From the NCBI GenBank assembly GCA_040757695.1, contig JBFLWK010000002.1, positions 10,407-74,406 of the forward strand: a DNA stretch of 64,000 bases, read 5' to 3'. The DNA is from Elusimicrobiota bacterium. GTDB lineage: Bacteria > Elusimicrobiota > UBA8919. Shown here one piece after another: positions 1 through 8,192 of the stretch. The position numbers and the translations under genes were made by a program. The notes below the pieces were generated by a model, which saw only the letters and a list, made by a program, of their open reading frames with translations, did not search any database and had not been told where the DNA came from. Position 1 is the first letter of the stretch. Each line of letters opens with the position of its first letter.

Positions 1-12
1 TTAAAAGTTAAA

Positions 13-345
13 ATGAAAAAACTATTTGCTATTCGCTATTCGCTATTTGCTGTTTCTAACGGTGCAGCGCTTGTTACTGCGTTAATTTTTCTTGTTTTTC
101 TGAGTGGTATTGGGATTGCACTGGTTGTATGGCTTACCTCCGAGTCAAAACAGGCAACACATAAGAAACTGGTCACCGCGGATTTGTATTTAGCAGAAGC
201 CGGTACAGAAAAAGTAGTTTATCTGTTAAGGTCGTCAACTGCAATAGCAAAACCGTTTCTTGATGATTTGCCAAACGATACAACCACATTTACATACTTT
301 ATCCGAGGCACAAGCGTAGTCGTTACTATTGATGATATACCGTAG
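13..345 (+). CDS. membrane-anchored hypothetical protein with PilX-N-like segment
   Basis: 110 aa; N-terminal hydrophobic helix then ADLYLAEAG, resembling the AEAG motif of PilX N-terminal domains. 5' coding region contains a (TATTCGC)x3 7-bp repeat. Upstream extent unknown. Confidence 0.3.
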   Translation: MKKLFAIRYSLFAVSNGAALVTALIFLVFLSGIGIALVVWLTSESKQATHKKLVTADLYLAEAGTEKVVYLLRSSTAIAKPFLDDLPNDTTTFTYFIRGTSVVVTIDDIP

Positions 346-380
346 AAATGCAGGTAAAAGGTTAAAGGTAAAAAGATTTA

Positions 381-426
381 TACCCGACTTCAGTCGGCTG
401 AAAAAAAGAAACCCACTAAAGTGGGG
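381..426. repeat. REP family-2 doublet (CCGACTTCAGTCGG ... CCCACTAAAGTGGGG hairpins)
   Basis: Same composite two-hairpin element recurs at 47866-47913 and 48531-48571 flanking RAYT 47954-48526. Confidence 0.7.
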
Positions 427-544
427 AGCAAAGAAATAAAGGGACGGAGCAAATTATTTTCTCAACCACGGAAGCACGGAATAATTTTTTTGTAGTAGCG
501 AGGTTTCCTCGCTATTTGGTTTTAACGACAGGTTAAAAGTTATT

Positions 545-1024
545 ATGACAGCAAGAGTTAGATTTATTTTGGTGATTTTTAGTTCGGTAGTCGCAATTTC
601 AGGGCTTACTTTTTTGCAAAAAAAATGGGAAATATACAGATATAAAAAACGTATCGCTGAAATAGAAGATACTTATAAATCTGCATTTGAATTAAATAAA
701 GAACGAAAATATACACAGGCAAAATTGCGATTTGAGAAAGCACTCGGTCTGTCACCTAATTATATTGATGCGCCTGATGCACATTTTTGTGTCGCACAAA
801 TCTATATATTAGAATCTGACTATACATTAGCAATAAGACATTATACAGAAATAATAGAAAAATTCGCTAATTCTAACAAGGCGAATGACTCGCTTTATAC
901 AACAGGTATTATCTATAAAAATTTTATCGGTAACCATAAAAAAGCACACCAGATTTTTAAAGAATACTGTAAAAAATATCCAAATGATAAACGAGCAAAA
1001 AAATTAAAGAGGTTTATGAAATGA
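545..1024 (+). CDS. TPR-repeat membrane-anchored protein
   Basis: 159 aa; N-terminal TM helix; TPR-like Ala/Tyr/Leu periodicity (KALGLSPNYIDAPDAHFCVAQIY...); stop overlaps next start (ATGA). Confidence 0.5.
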   Translation: MTARVRFILVIFSSVVAISGLTFLQKKWEIYRYKKRIAEIEDTYKSAFELNKERKYTQAKLRFEKALGLSPNYIDAPDAHFCVAQIYILESDYTLAIRHYTEIIEKFANSNKANDSLYTTGIIYKNFIGNHKKAHQIFKEYCKKYPNDKRAKKLKRFMK

Positions 1025-2286
1025 ATAACGAAACGCAGATAAACGCAGATAGAAACGCAGATAAACGCAGATTGAATATCTTGATTCTTGTTTCCTGCTT
1101 CTTGCTTCTTCTTACTTCCTGTACTAAAAAAACAGTTCTGAAACTTATGGTCTGGGGCACACAGGAAGAAGTAAAAACAGCCCGCTACTATCTGAAAACA
1201 TTTTATAAGTATAATCCGGAAATCAAAGTAGAAATTATATCAACCAATCCGTTTGAGTTTCACGGCAAATTGTTAGAATTAGAGAATAAAAATGGATATC
1301 CTGATGTGTTTTATATCTCACGGGAATGGTTTGAGTTCTTTGTTTCAACAGGGATTTTGTGTGACTTAACCGATTTTATAAAACAAGATAAAGAGTTTGG
1401 GTTTGACGATTTTTATGATAATGTAAAAAAATCATTCGCTATTTCTGGCAGATACTACGCAATCCCGAAGGACTTTACACCGCTTATTTTGTACTATAAC
1501 CAAAACATATTTGATGACTGTAAAGTAAAATACCCAACTGAAAACTGGAACTGGGCTGAGTTCTTGGAGACTGCAAAAAAAACAACCAGCAACGACCACT
1601 ACGGCTTTGTGTTTGAGTTCTGGCTTGGGCAGTATGCTCCATGGTTATGGAATGCCAGCGGTGATTTCTTTGACCGAAAAGGCAACTGGAATTTGTACAG
1701 TAAAGAAAATATAAAAGCGCTGGATTTTTTACAGGATATGGTGTATAAATATAAAACGAGTCCTTCACCGAAAGTATTACAGAAAAAGTCAGCCACCCAA
1801 CTTTTTATAGAGGGCAGAGCGGCGACTTTTTCTTCAGGCAGATGGTCCTGCTTAGATTTCAAGAATATCAAAAGTTTTAAGTGGAATGTTTGTTCATTGC
1901 CAAAATATAAAAACAAAACTACAGTCCTGCTCGCAGTCGGCTACGGAATAAACCAGAAATCAAAACATAAAGAAGATGCCTGGAAACTGGTCAGGTTTCT
2001 AACAGGAGCCGGCGGCGAAATTTTGGTTGCACAACAAGGACAGGCAATCCCAGCCCGACGGAGTATCGCACAATCGCCATATTTTATAAATTCACTTCCT
2101 GGTATTGATAATTATGTGTTTCTGAAAGCGATTGAAAACGGAAAATTTACACCAACATCAGCCAACTGGCCTGAAATAATAAAAATCATGGATAAACATT
2201 TGAACAGTATTTTTACAGAACAAATACCGCCTCAAAAAGCACTCTCTACCCTTCATAGCGAATTAGAAAAGCATGAAAAAAACTGA
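1021..2286 (+). CDS. ABC sugar transporter substrate-binding lipoprotein (SBP family 1)
   Basis: 421 aa; signal peptide ending LLLTSCTKK; paralogous to 37477-38877 (YYAIPKDFTPLILYYN vs YYGIAKDFTPLVLYYN). First 17 codons encoded by four ACGCAGAT iterons. Confidence 0.75.
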   Translation: MNNETQINADRNADKRRLNILILVSCFLLLLTSCTKKTVLKLMVWGTQEEVKTARYYLKTFYKYNPEIKVEIISTNPFEFHGKLLELENKNGYPDVFYISREWFEFFVSTGILCDLTDFIKQDKEFGFDDFYDNVKKSFAISGRYYAIPKDFTPLILYYNQNIFDDCKVKYPTENWNWAEFLETAKKTTSNDHYGFVFEFWLGQYAPWLWNASGDFFDRKGNWNLYSKENIKALDFLQDMVYKYKTSPSPKVLQKKSATQLFIEGRAATFSSGRWSCLDFKNIKSFKWNVCSLPKYKNKTTVLLAVGYGINQKSKHKEDAWKLVRFLTGAGGEILVAQQGQAIPARRSIAQSPYFINSLPGIDNYVFLKAIENGKFTPTSANWPEIIKIMDKHLNSIFTEQIPPQKALSTLHSELEKHEKN

Positions 2287-2318
2287 ATAAAAAAAAATTT
2301 GCAAAATCAAAAAAGCAC

Positions 2319-2347
2319 TTGACAAACTGCACATTTTATATTATACT
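2319..2347 (+). promoter_or_regulatory. sigma70-like promoter candidate TTGACA-17nt-TATACT
   Basis: TTGACA at 2319-2324, 17-nt spacer, TATACT at 2342-2347, in the intergenic region after the SBP gene. Confidence 0.3.
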
Positions 2348-2358
2348 TTTACCAGAGG

Positions 2359-2655
2359 TTGAAGAAAATGTTTGATAATGTTGTCATTGTGAGCGAAGCG
2401 AAACAATCTCATACTGTCATTCCCCTTTTCTCAAAAGTGGTGTCCCGCAGGGACGGGGTATTCATTCCCGAATGTTCCCCGATAGTGAATTTCGGGGACA
2501 GGCTCTATCGGGAATCCATAGATGTCGCCCCTGTGAATAACCCCAAAATTTTCGGGTGGGTAGGTGGGGTAAAAACCAGAAGTAAGAAGCAGGAAATAAG
2601 AAGTCAGAATTTTGTAGTGGCACGCTCGTGGCGTGCTTTTTACTCCCCACTTTAG
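2359..2655. repeat. cluster of dispersed repeats (GTCATTGTGAGCGAAGCGAAACAATC family plus GTCATTCCC/GGGAATC hairpins); ORF 2359-2655 is repeat-derived
   Basis: Contains gtcattgtgagcgaagcgaaacaatc and several attcccg...cgggaat hairpins; related copies at 32194, 33160, 50260, 53080, 59432. Confidence 0.55.
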
Positions 2656-2806
2656 TGGGTATTGTTTATTCCGATTGTAGATGAGTAGGATTCTACGACG
2701 CTTTAGCGTCGGTTTAAGGACTTAAGTCCAAATATCCCAACTAAAGTTGGGTAGAAATCTTTTAATTTTTAATTTTTAATTGCCGTCAAAAAGGGGTGAT
2801 AAGAAA

Positions 2807-3178
2807 ATGGGCAAACTTACAGAATCGGGTGAACGCGAATTCACGCGTCGGGTAATCAGTATCTTAAAAGAGACAAAAGATGAATTCAAGGGTACTGATT
2901 TAAATATTGACAGACGGGTAAAGGAGTTAGAAACGCTTGCAGCAGACGCTGATAAAGCGGAGGCAGCGCAGATAAAGGCGCAGGCGACAGCGAGACAGGC
3001 GACAAAGGTATCAATTGAGAAAAGGAAAGCGGCGTATAACAAGGCGTCTGCAACGATTGATGCGATTTCAGGTGCGTTAGGTAAAACACACGCACTCACA
3101 AAACGGTTAAAAAACCTGCGTGATGAGATGGCATTAGAGGCGTTGCGTGGCAAAAAGGCAGGGACGAGCAACAAGTAA
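2807..3178 (+). CDS. hypothetical coiled-coil (Ala/Lys-rich) protein
   Basis: ATG at 2807 preceded by AAAGGGGTGATAAGAAA (SD-like); the 2780 start lies inside a repeat. No recognisable family. Confidence 0.4.
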   Translation: MGKLTESGEREFTRRVISILKETKDEFKGTDLNIDRRVKELETLAADADKAEAAQIKAQATARQATKVSIEKRKAAYNKASATIDAISGALGKTHALTKRLKNLRDEMALEALRGKKAGTSNK

Positions 3179-3200
3179 TGGGGATAATGAAAAGTAACCC

Positions 3201-3232
3201 CAGTAGCCTACCCCTTAAGGGGTAGGCTACTG
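3201..3232. repeat. perfect 32-nt palindrome CAGTAGCCTACCCCTTAAGGGGTAGGCTACTG (GTAG...TTAA...CTAC REP-like)
   Basis: Exact 16+16 dyad with TTAA centre and GTAG/CTAC ends, same architecture as the REP family-1 palindromes. Confidence 0.8.
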
Positions 3233-3237
3233 CTGAT

Positions 3238-3432
3238 GTGATGATGACAAGTTCCTATGGGATGATGACGAGGACCTATGGGATGATGAAAAGTACATTG
3301 GGGATGATGGCAAGTACATTGGTACTCAAGCCGAGTACACAGGGGATTATGAAGAGTTCCTAGGGGATGATGACGAGTACCTAGGGGATGATAAAAAGTA
3401 CCTTGGTACTCAAGGCAAGTACCTTGGTACAC
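3238..3432. repeat. 21-bp minisatellite (GATGATGAnnAGTnCnTnGGG) x7 with two 21-22-bp extensions
   Basis: Seven contiguous degenerate 21-bp units in the 250 bp upstream of the 3496 gene; not spacer-interleaved (not CRISPR). Confidence 0.8.
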
Positions 3433-3495
3433 GGGACAATCCCCAATGCACTTTTGTCAAGTCCTTTAAAATAGTTCATTGTAGTGCGATTTTAT

Positions 3496-6333
3496 ATGAA
3501 AAGAATCAGAACCGTCTCAATTATTGGAATTTTTATATTTTTATTTTCTACCTGTCTTTTGGCTGATGCCTGGGACCCAACAGATGATATAGCGGTTAAT
3601 GGAACGGTCATTACTCCTACAACAGTAGAACAATCACATGGTCCACATGACTTATCTGCTACTGATACAACTGATTGGTTTAGGATAGATATGATTGCTG
3701 GAACTACATATTATTTTAATACTGTTGGTGGTTCCGGCGATAATTATGGTGAACTTTACAGCGACTCCGGCGGTACAAATCGTGTAGCATATAATGACGA
3801 TAGCGGTGGAAATCTGCAATTCGCCTTTTCATATCAAGCTGCTAATACCCAGACATATTATTTGAAAATAAGAACATATTCTGTTGGTGGAAGTTGGTCT
3901 GGCTCGCTTAACTATAAGTACGGTAACACCGCGCCGATACTTTCATGGACCGGTGAGGCAAATTATACATCAGATGGGCTTGACCCTGAAACAGGCAATA
4001 CATCAACAAACTTTACTTATCGTGTAACTTATACAGATGCGGATAATGATGTGCCTCTCAGCGGGACTCCAAAAGTGCATATCAAAAAAGGCGGCTCTGA
4101 AATTTCAGGTAGTCCGTTTACGATGACATACATTTCAGGAAATTACAACACCGGTGCGATTTACAAAAGCGAGGTGAACCTCGCTACTACAGGAACTGAT
4201 TACACATACTATTTTGAAGCACAGGATTCAAAAGGTGCTTCTGCAACAGGGCTACCGACAAACCCGATAGATGCGCCTGATGTTTATGCTGCTGTTCCTG
4301 CGGGCTTCACTGGTGATTTTTCACAGGCAGGTGGTAGCGTGTATGATGGTGGAAGTGATGACTATGGCTATGGTGTAGCAGTAGATACAATTTCTGTTGG
4401 TGGACCTTACATTTATGTTGTAGGCCCTTCTTCAAATGGTGTCAATGACTTTGATTATTTCACAATAAAATATAATGCTTCCGGTGTAATGCTTGCTTCT
4501 GCAACATTTAATAGTGGCTGGGAGGAGGTGGCTACAGATGTAGTAATAGATAATTCAGGTAATGTATATATTACTGGTTGGTCGCATAACGGCATAGTTG
4601 GGAACTGTCTCACAATCAAATACAATAGTAATTTGGTGTTTCAGTCGTCGGCTTGTATTGGAACCGGTGGATGGGCTATCGGCACAGGTGTAGTTGTAGA
4701 TAATTCAGGAAATGTTTTTGTTATATGTATTTCATACAATTTCCCAAATGACGATATTGTAACAATAAAATATAACAATAATTTAGTGTTTCAATCCTCT
4801 GTTACATTTAATAATAGTTACCGTGAAACAGGGAATGGTATTACAACAGATAATTTGGGAAATGTATATGTTACATGTATCTCGTCAAATGGCGCAACTG
4901 AAGATATTGCCATAGTGAAATATAACTCTAACTTAGTTTTCCAGTCATCAATCGCATTTAATGGTGGTTATAATGACGGAGGTAGTGATATTATTGTGGA
5001 TAATACGGGCAATATTTATGTTACAGGGAATTCATTTTATACTGATGACCGAACTATTACAATAAAATATGATTCCAACATGGTATTTCAGTCCTCGGCT
5101 GTGTTTAATCTATTGGGGTATTGGGGCAGTGGAATAGCGTTGGATAATACTGGTAATGTTTATGTTACATCATATGCAGAACCTAAAGGTCAAGGCGTTA
5201 ATTATTGCCTAATAAAATACAATTCTAATCTGGTATTTCAATCATCAGCAACATTTGATAGTGGTAGTGGTAATGATGATTGTAGTACTGATATAGCAAT
5301 AGACAATTCAGGCAATGTTTATGTTACGGGTTGGTCAAATAACGGCGTAAATGATGACATTCGCACAATAAGGTATACCTCATCTTTAACACCGCCTAAC
5401 AATGCACCTACAATATCATCCCTTACGGCAAACCCGACAAGTGTTTCTACAGGTGCGGTTTCTGTGATTACTTGTTCTGCATCAGACCCTGATGGCGATA
5501 CATTGAGTTATGCGTGGAGTTCTGCGAGTGGCACGATTTCTGGTAGTGGCTATCAAGTCAACTGGACTGCGCCATCATCTTCAGGCACCTATACAATCAC
5601 TGCTACTGTTTCTGATGGCAAAGGCGGTAGTGCTTCAAAAAGTGTAAACATAACTGTAACTGCTGCACAATCAGGTGTTAGTGTTTCCACTTACTACATC
5701 AAGGGCTATGTGAAGAATAGTAATGGCACAGGGATTGCGAATGTGACAATGAGTTTAACAGGCGCAACTGTAAAATCTGCGGCTACAAGTTCAACAGGGT
5801 ATTATGAATTTCTGAATTTAGCCGGTAAGAAAAGTTATACAATAACACCTAAAAAAGAAAACTGGAGTTTTAGCCCGTCAAATTATACTATTCTGCTTAC
5901 TGCAAATACAGAACAGAATTTTACCGGTATATATCTTTTAGTTGATAGCCCTGTAAATATAGATATTCCATTAGGCGAAAACGATAAGCCAGTAACAATA
6001 GAAATGCCAAAACCAAATGATGCAAAAATAGTAGTTGAAGAGCATTCTGAAAAACCTAAAGAGCAGCGCGGTACTGTTAATCCTGATAAGAATGAAGAAG
6101 TTGGGATTGTATTCAAGCCGGACAAAAAACCGGAAGAGTATATCGGGCAGAAATTTACTATACGGATATTTAATTTAGTTGGTGAACTTATAGAAGAGTT
6201 CACAAAAATACCACAGACTGCAGATGATACATGGATGAAATGGCTACCGAAAGATATTGCGTCTGGTATTTATATTGTTCAGGTTAATGGACCCGGTGTA
6301 AAGGTTCACAAGAAGGTAGCAATATTGAGGTAA
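3496..6333 (+). CDS. secreted multi-domain protein: PPC-like domain, SBBP beta-propeller repeats, PKD-like, carboxypeptidase-regulatory-like domain, T9SS-type C-terminal sorting domain
   Basis: Signal peptide LFSTCLLADA; repeated D-N-SGN-Y-VTG SBBP motifs x8; PKD-like ITCSASDPDGDTLSY; C-terminal ~80 aa ending GIYIVQVNGPGVKVHKKVAILR like T9SS/FlgD-Ig CTDs. GTG at 3484 is an alternative start. Confidence 0.75.
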   Translation: MKRIRTVSIIGIFIFLFSTCLLADAWDPTDDIAVNGTVITPTTVEQSHGPHDLSATDTTDWFRIDMIAGTTYYFNTVGGSGDNYGELYSDSGGTNRVAYNDDSGGNLQFAFSYQAANTQTYYLKIRTYSVGGSWSGSLNYKYGNTAPILSWTGEANYTSDGLDPETGNTSTNFTYRVTYTDADNDVPLSGTPKVHIKKGGSEISGSPFTMTYISGNYNTGAIYKSEVNLATTGTDYTYYFEAQDSKGASATGLPTNPIDAPDVYAAVPAGFTGDFSQAGGSVYDGGSDDYGYGVAVDTISVGGPYIYVVGPSSNGVNDFDYFTIKYNASGVMLASATFNSGWEEVATDVVIDNSGNVYITGWSHNGIVGNCLTIKYNSNLVFQSSACIGTGGWAIGTGVVVDNSGNVFVICISYNFPNDDIVTIKYNNNLVFQSSVTFNNSYRETGNGITTDNLGNVYVTCISSNGATEDIAIVKYNSNLVFQSSIAFNGGYNDGGSDIIVDNTGNIYVTGNSFYTDDRTITIKYDSNMVFQSSAVFNLLGYWGSGIALDNTGNVYVTSYAEPKGQGVNYCLIKYNSNLVFQSSATFDSGSGNDDCSTDIAIDNSGNVYVTGWSNNGVNDDIRTIRYTSSLTPPNNAPTISSLTANPTSVSTGAVSVITCSASDPDGDTLSYAWSSASGTISGSGYQVNWTAPSSSGTYTITATVSDGKGGSASKSVNITVTAAQSGVSVSTYYIKGYVKNSNGTGIANVTMSLTGATVKSAATSSTGYYEFLNLAGKKSYTITPKKENWSFSPSNYTILLTANTEQNFTGIYLLVDSPVNIDIPLGENDKPVTIEMPKPNDAKIVVEEHSEKPKEQRGTVNPDKNEEVGIVFKPDKKPEEYIGQKFTIRIFNLVGELIEEFTKIPQTADDTWMKWLPKDIASGIYIVQVNGPGVKVHKKVAILR

Positions 6334-6398
6334 GAAAGACAGACGATAGACGTTAGTAGTAGCCGTCTACTCTCTCGTGTCTGATTTATTGGTGGTGT

Positions 6399-7646
6399 GT
6401 GATGTTTAGAAAAATTTTATCTGTGTTTATCTGTGCCCTCTGTGGTTTTTCTCTGTGTCCTCTGTGGTCTCATTACGGAAAAAGTGGCTGGATTATATTT
6501 CGTAAGTTGCAATCACCAAAACCAAAATCAATAACAGCGGTATGCGCAGTACGAGGTGATTTATCCGGTGTGCTTTACAACCCTGCTACAGTTGCATCAG
6601 CTGAGCAAAAAGAAGTGTTTATATTAGGCGAAACAGGGCTTGCAAAAGATAGTGTTGCAGGACTAATTTATGCACAGCCGTTAAAATCGCAGACACTAGC
6701 AGCTGGTATAATGTCGTATAATGCTGGTAAAATGACACTTTACTGGATAGAAAACGGGCTGGAGAAAGAGAAAGAAGTTATAGCACAGCGTGATTTACTC
6801 GGATTTATATCATATGCACGGCAATTTACAGCAAAACTTCATATTGGTACTACATTAAAATTTGCAAATAGTAATATCGCAGAAGTAAAATCGGCATCCG
6901 CAATTGGCAGCGATTTCGGGCTGTTGTATCTAGCACATATTAACGGATTATCTTTATCTGTAGCGGTTCAGAATATAGGGCTTTCAACAAAATTTATAGA
7001 AAAAAAAGAAAAACTACCTGTAAGTATATCATTTGGTAGCGGATATACGAGCAAACTGACTCAGAAATCTTATTTAAGTTTCGGGTTTGAAGTTCCATAT
7101 ATTGTAAAAGATGAACATCTGATACCCGGTGTTGGACTTGAGTATGGTATTTCAGTATTCTCCATAAATTCAGGATACAGGTTTATTAAAAACGGTGATG
7201 CGGTTTTTCAGGCAGGGTTTGGAATAATGCTTGCAGATAAACTTGAGTTTGGTTATTCTTTTCTACCTGCAACATATTTATCTGATACACACAGAGTTAA
7301 CGTTGGCTACCGATTCGGAGAAGCACACGGAACCGACGCGGAAATAGAACGCGAAACTGACGCGGAAATAGAACGCGAAACTGACGCGGAAATAGAACGC
7401 GAAACTGATGCAGAACCTAAAGGCGAGATTGCTTCGCCTACGGCTCGCAATGACAAGCAATTAACGAATCGGAAAAAAAAGAACCTGATGACGGAACATT
7501 TTAATAAAGCGACTCAATTATATCAGAAAAAAAAATATGAGGAAGCAATCGCCGAGTGGGAAGCGGTCTTGAAACTTGACCCGCAACACAAGATATCCCA
7601 ACATAAAATAGAAACTGCAAAAAAGCAATTGAACTTAAAAAAATAA
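6399..7646 (+). CDS. PorV/PorQ-family-like outer-membrane beta-barrel with C-terminal TDAEIERE repeats and TPR-like tail
   Basis: Immediately downstream of CTD cargo; N-terminal motif LYNPATVASAEQ; alternating beta-strand pattern; C-terminus YEEAIAEWEAVLKLDPQH is TPR-like. Confidence 0.5.
   Translation: MMFRKILSVFICALCGFSLCPLWSHYGKSGWIIFRKLQSPKPKSITAVCAVRGDLSGVLYNPATVASAEQKEVFILGETGLAKDSVAGLIYAQPLKSQTLAAGIMSYNAGKMTLYWIENGLEKEKEVIAQRDLLGFISYARQFTAKLHIGTTLKFANSNIAEVKSASAIGSDFGLLYLAHINGLSLSVAVQNIGLSTKFIEKKEKLPVSISFGSGYTSKLTQKSYLSFGFEVPYIVKDEHLIPGVGLEYGISVFSINSGYRFIKNGDAVFQAGFGIMLADKLEFGYSFLPATYLSDTHRVNVGYRFGEAHGTDAEIERETDAEIERETDAEIERETDAEPKGEIASPTARNDKQLTNRKKKNLMTEHFNKATQLYQKKKYEEAIAEWEAVLKLDPQHKISQHKIETAKKQLNLKK
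7330..7410 (+). repeat. near-perfect 24-bp tandem repeat x3.5 inside CDS (encodes TDAEIERE x3)
   Basis: ACTGACGCGGAAATAGAACGCGAA repeated essentially without mismatches. Confidence 0.85.
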
Positions 7647-8135
7647 AATTGAGTTTTCATTCAAATTACAGAAATGCCTCTGATTATTTCGGAGTCATTT
7701 TTTTGTTTGCAATTTTTTTATTTTTTGAGGAAACTGGGGACGCTCCTAATTTTTGAGTGGATACAACTGGATTCCCGATTGAGGCACTCGGGAATGACAT
7801 AGCAGGACGCAGATTTGCGCAGATTATCAGGATTTTAAGTATCCAGACATTTCTGCGAGAATCAGCGTCCCCAAAAACCATTCGGGAATGACAAGTGAAG
7901 CAGGGAAACCCTGCAACTACATTTTGGTTTTAATTTCCTTCGTCCCCATTATCCCGTCCCCATTATCCCGTCGGTACTGAAGCCCCTAAAGGGCTGAAGT
8001 GCCGACTACATCCGAACTCATCCGAACTATTGCTTTTTGTTTTCCATTCCCCGCCTTATCTTTCCTTACAAAAATTTTACATTTCTCTAACCAAATTCTA
8101 ACACTCTTTCCTTATAATTATATTGAAAAAATCAA

Positions 8136-8184
8136 ATATCACATTAGCGATAATATGAGTATCATATTAGCGACAATGTGATAA
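8136..8184. promoter_or_regulatory. operator-like dyad TATCACATTAGCGATAATATGA / TATCATATTAGCGACAATGTGATA 9 bp upstream of the giant gene start
   Basis: Two ~22-bp half-sites whose outer arms (TATCACAT / ATGTGATA) are mutually reverse-complementary. Confidence 0.35.
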
Positions 8185-8192
8185 TATAAAAA

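Noticed and set aside
2359-2655. 98-aa ORF MKKMFDNVVIVSEAKQSHTVIP...
   Set aside because: Entirely composed of the GTCATTGTGAGCGAAGCG and GGGAATGACA dispersed repeats; typical repeat-derived spurious ORF.
3201-3232. Rho-independent terminator for the 2807 gene
   Set aside because: Perfect 16-bp stem but loop-less and not followed by a T-tract; more consistent with a REP-type palindrome.
3238-3432. Possible CRISPR array (regular short repeats)
   Set aside because: Units are contiguous 21-bp tandem copies with no unique spacers and no cas genes; this is a minisatellite.
3208-3432. His-rich minus-strand ORF (HHPLGTRHHPLGT...)
   Set aside because: Translation of the minisatellite on the opposite strand; periodic composition is an artefact of the repeat.
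7999-8181. 60-aa ORF upstream of the giant gene
   Set aside because: Lies over direct repeats (CCATTATCCCGTC x2, CATCCGAACT x2) and the operator-like dyad; no RBS; likely non-coding promoter region.
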